From an uncultured Bacilli bacterium (GTDB lineage: Bacteria; Bacillota_I; Bacilli_A; RF39; UBA660): a stretch of DNA of 48,480 nucleotides. The stretch lies in NCBI GenBank assembly GCA_947628685.1, contig CANRAT010000001.1:1-48480 (forward strand), read 5' to 3'. The notes beneath the pieces are model-generated. The model worked only from the letters and a program-made list of their open reading frames with translations. It did not search any database and was not told the origin of the DNA. The position numbers were made by a program, and so were the translations under genes. Position 1 is the stretch's first letter. Each line of letters opens with the position of its first letter. Below, piece by piece: positions 27,694 through 35,996 of the stretch.

Positions 27694-27722
27694 ATTATAC
27701 ATTTTTGAAAAAACTATGTCAA
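27694..27722 (-). promoter_or_regulatory. Exact consensus sigma-A promoter (TTGACA-17-TATAAT) for the VirB2-like operon
   Basis: Minus strand: TTGACA (27722-27717), 17 nt, TATAAT (27699-27694). It sits in the 82-bp gap between the TadZ-like gene and the first VirB2-like gene. Confidence 0.75.
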
Positions 27723-27740
27723 CAAATATTTAATAATTTA

Positions 27741-28748
27741 TTAAATTTCTGATTTTAATTTATTAAATCCAAGTTTAACTAACAATTTATCAAGTTCAGG
27801 CAATTTCTTTTCTCTTTCATTTAATGGAGCAAGATTATAAAAGACTTTCATCCTAGCCTCATATTCAAAATTAGCTACTTGACTTGGCGTAAGTAAACTT
27901 TGATTTAAAACTACTTTTTTATCTTTTAATCCTTGTATACTTGCCGCACTTAGCATCATAAGTTTTTGAAGTTTAATGATAGATGGCTCTATTAAATAAA
28001 GTACCTCTTGACAAAATCCTTCAGCAACTAAACTATTATTTATATCAACTAAAATAACATCTTTGTCTTTATATTTGTTAATAATACTTCCAACTTCACC
28101 TGTTATAGTTGAAATTAAATCTTTATCTCTAAAATAATTAAAATCAGTTTTATCTACTTCGATTGCAATAACATTATAGTGTTTAGTAAGTTCCTTTTTC
28201 ATCATATATACTAAACTACTCGCACCAGACTGCTTTGTTACATTTTTTACTCCAATTATTCTTGTTCCATAAAATTCATTATTTGTAACTTCATTTATTG
28301 AATTAGAATTAATTACAGGAGTTATAAACTGTACAGGCTGGGGTGCTTGATTTTGTGAATTTTGAACTGTTAACTGATGAAATTTAGCAACATCACGGTA
28401 AGTATTAGGAGTATTATATAAATACTGAATTCCTTCTACATTTTTAGTAAAATTATATATGCCCATAGATACTAAATTAGATAAAAAGCTTGGATTACTA
28501 GTTTTTTCAGTACCATCTAACAAAAGAATAATTTTATCTGTATCTAATGACATTGATATTTTTTGTAAGTTAACAATATCTGTATAATTTTTAATTGCCG
28601 TTATATCAAGTATCATTCTTTGAAAAAAGAAATTTTGGAAAGTTGAAATAATTTCATCAGCATCAAATTCCCCATTCATTTCTTTTATTACGTCTATTCC
28701 CAAATTTTCAAGCATCATTTGATTTTTATTTGAAATAATTACATTCAT
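27741..28748 (-). CDS. TadZ/CpaE-like protein (pseudo-receiver plus ParA/MinD-like domain with a degenerate P-loop)
   Basis: The N-terminal ~110 aa is receiver-like. The C-terminal domain starts IIGVKNVTKQSGASSLVYMM where MinD/ParA proteins have GxKGGVGKTT. It lies next to Tad genes. Confidence 0.55.
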   Translation of the reverse strand: MNVIISNKNQMMLENLGIDVIKEMNGEFDADEIISTFQNFFFQRMILDITAIKNYTDIVNLQKISMSLDTDKIILLLDGTEKTSNPSFLSNLVSMGIYNFTKNVEGIQYLYNTPNTYRDVAKFHQLTVQNSQNQAPQPVQFITPVINSNSINEVTNNEFYGTRIIGVKNVTKQSGASSLVYMMKKELTKHYNVIAIEVDKTDFNYFRDKDLISTITGEVGSIINKYKDKDVILVDINNSLVAEGFCQEVLYLIEPSIIKLQKLMMLSAASIQGLKDKKVVLNQSLLTPSQVANFEYEARMKVFYNLAPLNEREKKLPELDKLLVKLGFNKLKSEI

Positions 28749-28762
28749 ATTTTATCCCCTTT

Positions 28763-29245
28763 TTAATAACTATAATCCTTACCCATTATTTTAGTCTCAC
28801 CGTATATAGGCATATTTATGATATCACCAATAATAGGAAAGTTGAAATGAACAAAAGTAACTACTACATAATATTTAGATTCATCACTTCCTGTAATAGA
28901 ATTAGTCCTTCCCTCTACTTCAAAAACGCAATAATTATAACCTCTCGTATTATCATTAACGTTTTTTGGAGAATATATTCCTATTTCTCTTAAATGTTTT
29001 TTTACTTTATTACTATTGCAAAAATCTTTTGTTGAAACAGTATATCCAGCTTCACTTAAACTCTCAGTTACTTCATGTGAGGCAGCAGAATTATATTCAC
29101 CATATTTTTCTATTATATCAATAATTCTATTTTTTACTCTATACGCTTTTGAATAGGAAATAATACCTATAAATACAAGTATTATTATTGCAGAAAATAC
29201 AAGAACTATATTTAATAATAAAGCACTTCCTATTGATTCTCTCAT
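28763..29245 (-). CDS. TadE/TadF-like minor pilin candidate
   Basis: N-terminus MRESIG-SALLLNIVLVFSAIIILVF (short charged leader, Gly, hydrophobic helix). Paralogous to 29250-29708. Confidence 0.55.
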   Translation of the reverse strand: MRESIGSALLLNIVLVFSAIIILVFIGIISYSKAYRVKNRIIDIIEKYGEYNSAASHEVTESLSEAGYTVSTKDFCNSNKVKKHLREIGIYSPKNVNDNTRGYNYCVFEVEGRTNSITGSDESKYYVVVTFVHFNFPIIGDIINMPIYGETKIMGKDYSY

Positions 29246-29249
29246 TTAA

Positions 29250-29708
29250 TCACCCACCACATGCACTTTGATCTTCAAAGTTATATAATCTATTAGTATT
29301 TGAATATATAGGTATTTCCAACAATCTATTTATAATTGGTACGTTTAATAACATATTTGTCTTTATTCTATAATAGTAATATACCTCACACTTATCATTA
29401 TTTCTTTGAATTTCATCACATAAATAAACACAATATCCATCATTACCGTGGTACTGAAGAGTACAACCACTAATATAACCACAGCTATTAAGTTTCTTTT
29501 TATTATATCCAATAGATTTTAATTTTTGAGTTATTTCACTTTTTGCATAACTATTATAACCTTCGTATTTTTCAATAGTTTCAGTAATAATATTGCTTAC
29601 CTTATTACTTTTAAAGTATACAAGAGTGGCTGCAAGAAATGCAAAAACTATTACTATAAATACAATTACGATGTTCAAAGTAACTGTATAGCCTACACTC
29701 TCTTTCAT
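29250..29708 (-). CDS. TadE/TadF-like minor pilin candidate
   Basis: N-terminus MKESVG-YTVTLNIVIVFIVIVFAF. Cys-rich ectodomain. AGGAGGTAGG RBS. Confidence 0.55.
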   Translation of the reverse strand: MKESVGYTVTLNIVIVFIVIVFAFLAATLVYFKSNKVSNIITETIEKYEGYNSYAKSEITQKLKSIGYNKKKLNSCGYISGCTLQYHGNDGYCVYLCDEIQRNNDKCEVYYYYRIKTNMLLNVPIINRLLEIPIYSNTNRLYNFEDQSACGG

Positions 29709-29789
29709 ATCCTACCTCCTATTATTACTAAATCAATTATACATTTAAAACATTGTTTTGTCAATGTAATTAAAAAATCTTTATTTTCT

Positions 29790-31274
29790 TTACACTCTTT
29801 TTAACAATGAAAAATATTTCTCTTCAAATATAACCTCAAAATTGTCGCTTATTAAGTATGAATAAACATCAGAATCCGTGTTAACGAGTGCATAATCAAA
29901 ATTATATTTATCAAAAACTTCTTTATATGTTGAATATTCCTTAGTTTTCAAAAAATCACTAATTATATCATATCCACCATTAAATTCTTTAATATATACT
30001 TCAGCACGTGAATCTAAAAATACAGGAATATCATTAAACTCTATATATGAACCAAATCCAAAAATGTTGTATAATCTTATATTTTTATAATCTAAATTTT
30101 GTTTTATGTACTCTACGCATTCATCAGGGTAATCTTCTTTAATATTATAGTCGTTCCTCTTAAAATCCATACAAAATAATAAATATATATAAATTAATAT
30201 TAAACAAACAGTAGTAAAAATTGTTATAACTTTAGTATTAACACTACTAAATATTTTGGTCAATTTTTTAAATTTTATTTTTAAATCAAGTGATTCAAAT
30301 ACTGTTTTAATAAGTATTGTAGGATAAAATAAATATACAAATACAACATTCCTTTCTGCTACGAATGAAAAAAGCATAAGCCCTATTAAAAGGCTCAAAT
30401 CTCTTAATTTAAATTTAACATTTTTAATAAAGAATGTTAAAATAAACATAACTAAAAGAAATATTAGAAATTTATTAACATATAATACTGTTTTAGACAT
30501 TTCACCAATAAATGTAAAAGTATGATTAAATAATGATCTAGTAAAAAATGTATATGGATATAATTTTAATGGGGTTAATAATCCTGTAAATAAAAGTATC
30601 ACAAATGTAATAATTAAAAGTTTAGTATTTATAGGATAACTTATAATTAACTTATCACTTATTATGTTATTCATTTTTGGGAATTTTTCTAACATTTTTT
30701 TTATAACTAATTCAAATATAAATGGTAAATAGAAAACTAGAGTTAAAATCCATATAGGCATATGCATATTGGCAATTAGAATTGATATCAAAATAATAAA
30801 TATAGAATACTTTTTTTCACCTTTTTCATATAATCTATTAAGAAAATAAATTTCTAAAAAGAATAGTATATATGTTATCGATTGAACTCTTGTTTGAAAT
30901 GCATAACCAGTTATATATAAAGTAAAAAGAGAAACCAAAAGAGAAACAAATCTACTTTTAGTAAATTTATTATTTATATAATAAACTAAAATTCCAAATG
31001 AATTAAATATAATTAAGAAAAATATAAAAAGTCCATGAAATTTAAACAATGTATATATTGGATAAATTATTAAATCATATAAATAATGATGATAAATATA
31101 AGTTAAATTGGGTATAAAACTAAAATGATCTTTAAAATCTATTCCATATTTTAAAATGCTTTCTGCTGTTTTCAAATCAAAAAATATGTCATTTTCAAAA
31201 TTTTTTCTAATAATTGATATAGAAAATATCATAATAATTAGTATATTTATAATTGTAATTAATCTTTTCTTCAT
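29790..31274 (-). CDS. Polytopic GT-C-like membrane protein (putative glycosyltransferase/oligosaccharyltransferase-like)
   Basis: About 12 TM helices followed by a soluble C-terminal domain of about 110 aa, an architecture like ArnT/PMT/PglL-type GT-C enzymes. No catalytic motif was verified. The preferred start is MKKRLITI at 31274 (GGTGA 5 nt upstream). Confidence 0.45.
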   Translation of the reverse strand: MKKRLITIINILIIMIFSISIIRKNFENDIFFDLKTAESILKYGIDFKDHFSFIPNLTYIYHHYLYDLIIYPIYTLFKFHGLFIFFLIIFNSFGILVYYINNKFTKSRFVSLLVSLFTLYITGYAFQTRVQSITYILFFLEIYFLNRLYEKGEKKYSIFIILISILIANMHMPIWILTLVFYLPFIFELVIKKMLEKFPKMNNIISDKLIISYPINTKLLIITFVILLFTGLLTPLKLYPYTFFTRSLFNHTFTFIGEMSKTVLYVNKFLIFLLVMFILTFFIKNVKFKLRDLSLLIGLMLFSFVAERNVVFVYLFYPTILIKTVFESLDLKIKFKKLTKIFSSVNTKVITIFTTVCLILIYIYLLFCMDFKRNDYNIKEDYPDECVEYIKQNLDYKNIRLYNIFGFGSYIEFNDIPVFLDSRAEVYIKEFNGGYDIISDFLKTKEYSTYKEVFDKYNFDYALVNTDSDVYSYLISDNFEVIFEEKYFSLLKRV

Positions 31275-31390
31275 TATGTTCACCATGTTAATTTTACCAT
31301 GCATACTTTAAGATGTAAATTAGTATTTTAAATACTATCCTGATTCTTAAATTATTATTAGAGAAAATATGTTTTCAAAAAATTTTTTTT

Positions 31391-31417
31391 AATAAAAAAA
31401 TAGGTAAAAACCTATTT
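31391..31417 (-). terminator. Rho-independent terminator directly after the Flp-like pilin gene
   Basis: Stem AAATAGG (31398-31404) / CCTATTT (31411-31417) with a 6-nt loop, followed by TTTTTTTATT on the minus strand. It overlaps the TAA stop. Confidence 0.55.
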
Positions 31418-31646
31418 AGCTATTAATATTATTTGACTTACAAGCGTCATAGTTAATTGTAGTTGTTCCTGTGTCACCTGCATAGCAACCACCATTTCTC
31501 CAAACACCACCACACGCTGAACAAGCACTACTATTATTTGTATTACTCATCATCTGTCTAACGATTATTGTACCTACTGCAAGAACTATTGCTATTAATA
31601 CTATTGTTATTACTGTCATATTTGCCTCTCCTGCTGCTTCTTTCAT
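31416..31646 (-). CDS. Flp-like (type IVb/Tad) major pilin candidate
   Basis: 76 aa. MKEAAG-EANMTVITIVLIAIVLAVGTIIV is followed by a short Cys-rich tail with 4 Cys. It lies immediately downstream of tadC with its own strong promoter, an AGGTGA RBS and a terminator. Confidence 0.65.
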   Translation of the reverse strand: MKEAAGEANMTVITIVLIAIVLAVGTIIVRQMMSNTNNSSACSACGGVWRNGGCYAGDTGTTTINYDACKSNNINS

Positions 31647-31675
31647 CGAATCACCTACTTTCCTTCTACACTCTT

Positions 31676-31705
31676 ATTATACCACATATTAATTTTATAT
31701 TTCAA
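31676..31705 (-). promoter_or_regulatory. Strong promoter for the Flp-like pilin gene
   Basis: Minus strand: TTGAAA (31705-31700), 18 nt, TGgTATAAT (extended -10, hexamer at 31681-31676). Confidence 0.65.
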
Positions 31706-31721
31706 TATATTTTTTGTTTTT

Positions 31722-32513
31722 TTAAATTCCCATCATAACTGTCATTGACATAAATAATACTAGAAGAACTCCACCACCAGTTACGAATAACATTATCATG
31801 GTTCTTTTTTCCATTCCTTCAAGTCTTTCTTTGTACTTTATATCACGAGCCTTATTTTGGAGTGATGAAACTGTTTTTGAAAAGGCCATTATCTGTTCGT
31901 GTTTATCTTGACTTGATCCAAGTCCTAAACGATATAAAAGTCTCATCATTCTCATAGAATCTCTAACAGGATATTCATTTGCAAAATCAATATAAGGTTG
32001 TATTGTTGAATCACCTTCATCTATTTTTGCTATTAAAGTTCTAAGTCCAGGTTTAAATATTTCAGGAGCAGTATCCACACTTCTTGAAAGAGCAACTGGA
32101 ACTGTATAGTGTTGTACAAGAATTTCCAAACTTTTTAAATAATATGGAAGCATTGATTCTATATAGTGTAATCTTGCTTTATAATATTTTTTTAAATTAG
32201 TGTATCCACTTTTAAATACTAAGAATCCTGCAACGAATGCTAAAAGTATAAACATATAATTAGCATATCCTGTAACAAATAACAAGAATATTATTACTGC
32301 AGTTGCAATTATACCATTTCTTATTCTTCCATAAAATAATGAATTAATATCTAAATCTTTATCGCCATATTTAACCCTAAGTAAAAATACATAGTCCTTT
32401 TCCATTAGTTTTTTTACAATAGGGCTTATCTGTCCTAAAATTGCTTTTGGTTTAATTATGTTATTAACAATAAATATAAGGACTACTGCAACAGCTACTA
32501 TTACAAATCTCAT
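31722..32513 (-). CDS. tadC: TadC-like platform protein (T2SS-F domain)
   Basis: 263 aa with N-terminal and C-terminal TM helices flanking a cytoplasmic T2SSF-like helical domain. The start overlaps the tadB-like stop (ATGA). Confidence 0.7.
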   Translation of the reverse strand: MRFVIVAVAVVLIFIVNNIIKPKAILGQISPIVKKLMEKDYVFLLRVKYGDKDLDINSLFYGRIRNGIIATAVIIFLLFVTGYANYMFILLAFVAGFLVFKSGYTNLKKYYKARLHYIESMLPYYLKSLEILVQHYTVPVALSRSVDTAPEIFKPGLRTLIAKIDEGDSTIQPYIDFANEYPVRDSMRMMRLLYRLGLGSSQDKHEQIMAFSKTVSSLQNKARDIKYKERLEGMEKRTMIMLFVTGGGVLLVLFMSMTVMMGI

Positions 32514-33415
32514 TATTCAGCCCCCACATTCTCATTATAATATTTTGTACCAGATAATAGGAAATATGTATTAAATAGTACAATAATGTGTAACATAAGT
32601 CTAACATACCAAAGATTGAGCATTGTATGATATGTATCACCAAGCATTATTTGTACTAAACCTATCATAAGATATAATATTAAACCAAATCTTAAAAACT
32701 TCTTATAAAAGTTTTGTCTATCAATTCTATCTCTATAAACATTTTCAACAAGTACGTCTATATCAAGTGACATATTTTCAAGAGACTCACTCGCATCTTT
32801 TGAACCTTCATTAGTTATTTGAAGGAATAATTGATGCATGTTTTTTACCATGTAGAAATCATATTTTTCGTTCATATATTCAAGCGACTGATTAATTGTT
32901 CCATTTTCATATGCCATATCAATCATTACTTTAACATCAGATTTTACAGGATCTTCAAGTACACCAGAAGCATAAACTCCTTCAAGTGATTTAACAAAGC
33001 TTTGTGTAGTATTAAACTCCATTATAACGTTTGTAGTATAAACTTGTACTTGTTCAAAAATAAATTCACTATATAATCTTTTACATCTCAAATAATTTAT
33101 ATATGGTACTGCACTAACTGCAAGAATAGCATAAATTATTGAAACAACTAAATTATAAAAGTATAAATATGTTATTATTCCTCCACCTAAAGCAAACAAT
33201 ATTACCTGTCCAATATATTGTTGAATAGTATAGTCTTGATTTAATTCTTTTATTTTTTTCTTAATTTCTTTATATGTGTAAGGAGCAACTTTACTATATA
33301 GCCTTTTTGTATTAGTATTTAAAAATTGATAGGCTTGATCTCCCATGCCACTTCTATATACTATAATAAATATAATTAACAAAGCAACAATGAAGAAAAG
33401 TAAAGCTATATTCAT
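32513..33415 (-). CDS. tadB: TadB-like platform protein (T2SS-F domain)
   Basis: 300 aa with the same TM / helical domain / TM architecture. It follows tadA directly. AGGAGGGG RBS. Confidence 0.7.
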   Translation of the reverse strand: MNIALLFFIVALLIIFIIVYRSGMGDQAYQFLNTNTKRLYSKVAPYTYKEIKKKIKELNQDYTIQQYIGQVILFALGGGIITYLYFYNLVVSIIYAILAVSAVPYINYLRCKRLYSEFIFEQVQVYTTNVIMEFNTTQSFVKSLEGVYASGVLEDPVKSDVKVMIDMAYENGTINQSLEYMNEKYDFYMVKNMHQLFLQITNEGSKDASESLENMSLDIDVLVENVYRDRIDRQNFYKKFLRFGLILYLMIGLVQIMLGDTYHTMLNLWYVRLMLHIIVLFNTYFLLSGTKYYNENVGAE

Positions 33416-33426
33416 ATTATCCCCTC

Positions 33427-34605
33427 CTATTCGAAAATTATTTCATTTTCTAATTTAGTAGTGTTATTATCACCAGTTAAATTAAAATTATTTTGTACAT
33501 TTTCTTGTTTAATAACATCTTGTTGTTCTTGATCTTCTTGTGCATTATATTCCTCTTTAATAAATCCTGTTGGAAGCGTCACTCCTTGAGTTTCCAAATA
33601 TTCTATCAAATATTTAGATGGATTTTTTCTATAAACCTTACCGTCTGGTGTCTTTTTATAAAGAGTATTATATTTTGCATCATTATCTTCTGTGACGTAG
33701 AATTCAGTAACTTCGGCAATCTCTCTTACAAAATTTTTAGTTACTTTATCTTGATAACCTCTTATATAGACTCCAAGTTGAATATATCTATAAATTGATT
33801 TTAAAAATTGCTCTATATCCTGATTAGTCTCAAGAAGACTATACATACGGTTTGGTATAGATGCTGCTTTATCAGCATGTATTGTAGACAAGATATAATG
33901 TCCTGATGAAATAGAGTTTCTAACTGCCATTACAGCTTCCGCGCTACGCACCTCGGACAAAAGTATCCATTTTGGATTCTGTCTCATACAAGTAACCAAA
34001 ACATCAGAATAACTGGCTATGTTATTTGTTTTCATAGCGACTATATCTCTATTTGGATATATCCTATCCAAGTGAAGTTCAAGTGTATCCTCAATTGTTA
34101 TCAATTTTTCGTTTTCATATGTATTTGCAGCCAAGAACTTAACGAACTCTGTTTTACCTGAGCCTGTCTCACCACAAACAATTATATTGCAATGTCCATG
34201 AACGCAAGTTATCAAAAAATCTAATATATCTTCAGTTATATATTTTTCTTTTAATATCTTATTTCTTTCCAAACGAATTTTAGCAGGTGTTTTACGAATA
34301 ACACATGCAATTCCGTTTCTAGCTATAGAATCGTGTACGAAATTCATACGCAATTCTGCACTTTCGCTATCTAGAAATGGATGGGCAGCATTAAAACTTT
34401 TCCCCATAACATTCGAACATTGAAAAGCCAATTTTTCCATAAAAGCATTATTAATTGCAGGATTTTCTATTCTAAAAATACCTTTTGATAATGTTTTTAA
34501 CCAAACTTGTCCATTATTACTATATGAAATATCGGTAATATCATCGTTATCTAAATATTCTTTTAGTGGACCAAAGTCCATTCCTTCGAATATATTATCA
34601 CTCAT
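33427..34605 (-). CDS. tadA: TadA/CpaF-family secretion ATPase (VirB11 superfamily)
   Basis: Walker A GETGSGKTEF, Asp box ITIEDTLEL, Walker B WILLSEVRS and His box LSTIHA. 392 aa. Confidence 0.88.
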   Translation of the reverse strand: MSDNIFEGMDFGPLKEYLDNDDITDISYSNNGQVWLKTLSKGIFRIENPAINNAFMEKLAFQCSNVMGKSFNAAHPFLDSESAELRMNFVHDSIARNGIACVIRKTPAKIRLERNKILKEKYITEDILDFLITCVHGHCNIIVCGETGSGKTEFVKFLAANTYENEKLITIEDTLELHLDRIYPNRDIVAMKTNNIASYSDVLVTCMRQNPKWILLSEVRSAEAVMAVRNSISSGHYILSTIHADKAASIPNRMYSLLETNQDIEQFLKSIYRYIQLGVYIRGYQDKVTKNFVREIAEVTEFYVTEDNDAKYNTLYKKTPDGKVYRKNPSKYLIEYLETQGVTLPTGFIKEEYNAQEDQEQQDVIKQENVQNNFNLTGDNNTTKLENEIIFE

Positions 34606-34606
34606 A

Positions 34607-35416
34607 TTACTCCACAGGTTGTTCTACATTTTCATCAGTAATAACGTCTTCCTCGATTGTAATAGATTGTGCATCTATATAATCTCTTAAAGTAGCACTT
34701 GTAACAATTACATAATTCTCTGTTGGCACTGTAGATCCTCTTGGAGCTAAAACAAGTTCAAGATTTAAATATTCTGCTTTTTTAAGTAACATATACATAT
34801 CTTGGTTTACTGCAAATCCTATTTTAGAAGGAGTTCCTATATTTAAAGAATCTTCAAATACATTCTTACCATTTCCATCATGTACAACTAATACTTTAAC
34901 ATTTTTCATAAGTTTACCAAATATTATTGTACCATTTTCATCTGTCGCTTTCATATATATATCTATATAAGAATTTGGTAAAACTGAATTACCTAATGTA
35001 CTAGTTATATTAACGCTCATATAAAATCCAAGTTCTCCTGATGCTCTATCTAGTTGTTCAATCCAGTTTCCTGGTATATTAGCGCCCTCTGCAAGCCATT
35101 CACTATAAAACATACTTCCTTCTGGAATTGTTACATTGTAATTTGTGTATTTATCAATTATCTGATTTGAATATCTAATCGCATTTTCACTTACCATGCT
35201 ACTTGCGACTTGTTGATAGACAATATCGTCTGCAGTTATTCTAGTTTGTGGATTTATTTTTCTTGAAGCAACCGGCATACTTACTGGATTAGTTTTTTGT
35301 TTTATACTTCCACTATATCCAAAATAAAGTACGACTAGTATAACAATTACAAGTAATATTGTAACAACATTTTTATTAGTAATAAATCTTTTAAACCCTA
35401 TCAATATATTATTCAT
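34607..35416 (-). CDS. cpaB: CpaB/RcpC-like Flp pilus assembly protein (SAF domain)
   Basis: N-terminal TM helix, then VSMPVASRKINPQTRITADDIVYQQV, typical of the SAF-domain start of CpaB. It lies immediately upstream of tadA. Confidence 0.65.
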   Translation of the reverse strand: MNNILIGFKRFITNKNVVTILLVIVILVVLYFGYSGSIKQKTNPVSMPVASRKINPQTRITADDIVYQQVASSMVSENAIRYSNQIIDKYTNYNVTIPEGSMFYSEWLAEGANIPGNWIEQLDRASGELGFYMSVNITSTLGNSVLPNSYIDIYMKATDENGTIIFGKLMKNVKVLVVHDGNGKNVFEDSLNIGTPSKIGFAVNQDMYMLLKKAEYLNLELVLAPRGSTVPTENYVIVTSATLRDYIDAQSITIEEDVITDENVEQPVE

Positions 35417-35431
35417 CTTTTTATTCTCCTC

Positions 35432-35848
35432 TCAATATGTAGTTTCTATTATCTCATCGATATTATTTACAATATCAAATTCAAAAGTATCATTTTCCTT
35501 ATTAGGTAACAAGAAATTTTGAGATTTTACACTAGATACTCTCATGCTTACCTTAGGTGGAACCTCATTTACATCATATATTTCAATTACATATGTATTA
35601 GATAAATCGGCATTTTCAGAAAATCTTCTAATAAAGTTTTCAACAAACTTTTCTTCCTCAATCCTTATTGTACTATCTTTTCTATATGCTGCTAAATCTA
35701 AAGAATCCTCCATGGCAGCTTCAACAGTTTCTCTTAATAAATTAAAATTGTGTTGATCCGTTCTTGTCACAGTTGCAAAGAACCAAATAATTCCAATGGC
35801 AAATAGTCCAAGTGCCATTATCGCATATCCCCACATTGACTCTTTCAA
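35432..35848 (-). CDS. Minor pilin-like protein sharing the MKES-x-G leader
   Basis: The ORF is open to a GTG at 35863. However, a TTG at 35848 sits 4 nt after AGGTGA and yields MKESMWG-YAIMALGLFAIGII, matching the leaders of three other cluster proteins. Confidence 0.55.
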   Translation of the reverse strand: MKESMWGYAIMALGLFAIGIIWFFATVTRTDQHNFNLLRETVEAAMEDSLDLAAYRKDSTIRIEEEKFVENFIRRFSENADLSNTYVIEIYDVNEVPPKVSMRVSSVKSQNFLLPNKENDTFEFDIVNNIDEIIETTY

Positions 35849-35996
35849 ATTATCACCTACCACCTTCTATTTTATAAATTTATTTTATCACATATTAATA
35901 TTTTAAACAATAGTTTTTTTATTTTTTTCACTAAATTTATATGAATAGTCACATTTAACTGATATTGTATGTTTATAATTTACACTTTTTTTACAA

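Noticed and set aside
31321-31337. The 17-bp palindrome TAGTATTT-T-AAATACTA upstream of the GT-C-like gene, considered as an operator.
   Set aside because: It is a pure A/T palindrome in a roughly 72% A+T genome, and such sequences are expected by chance. There are no supporting features.
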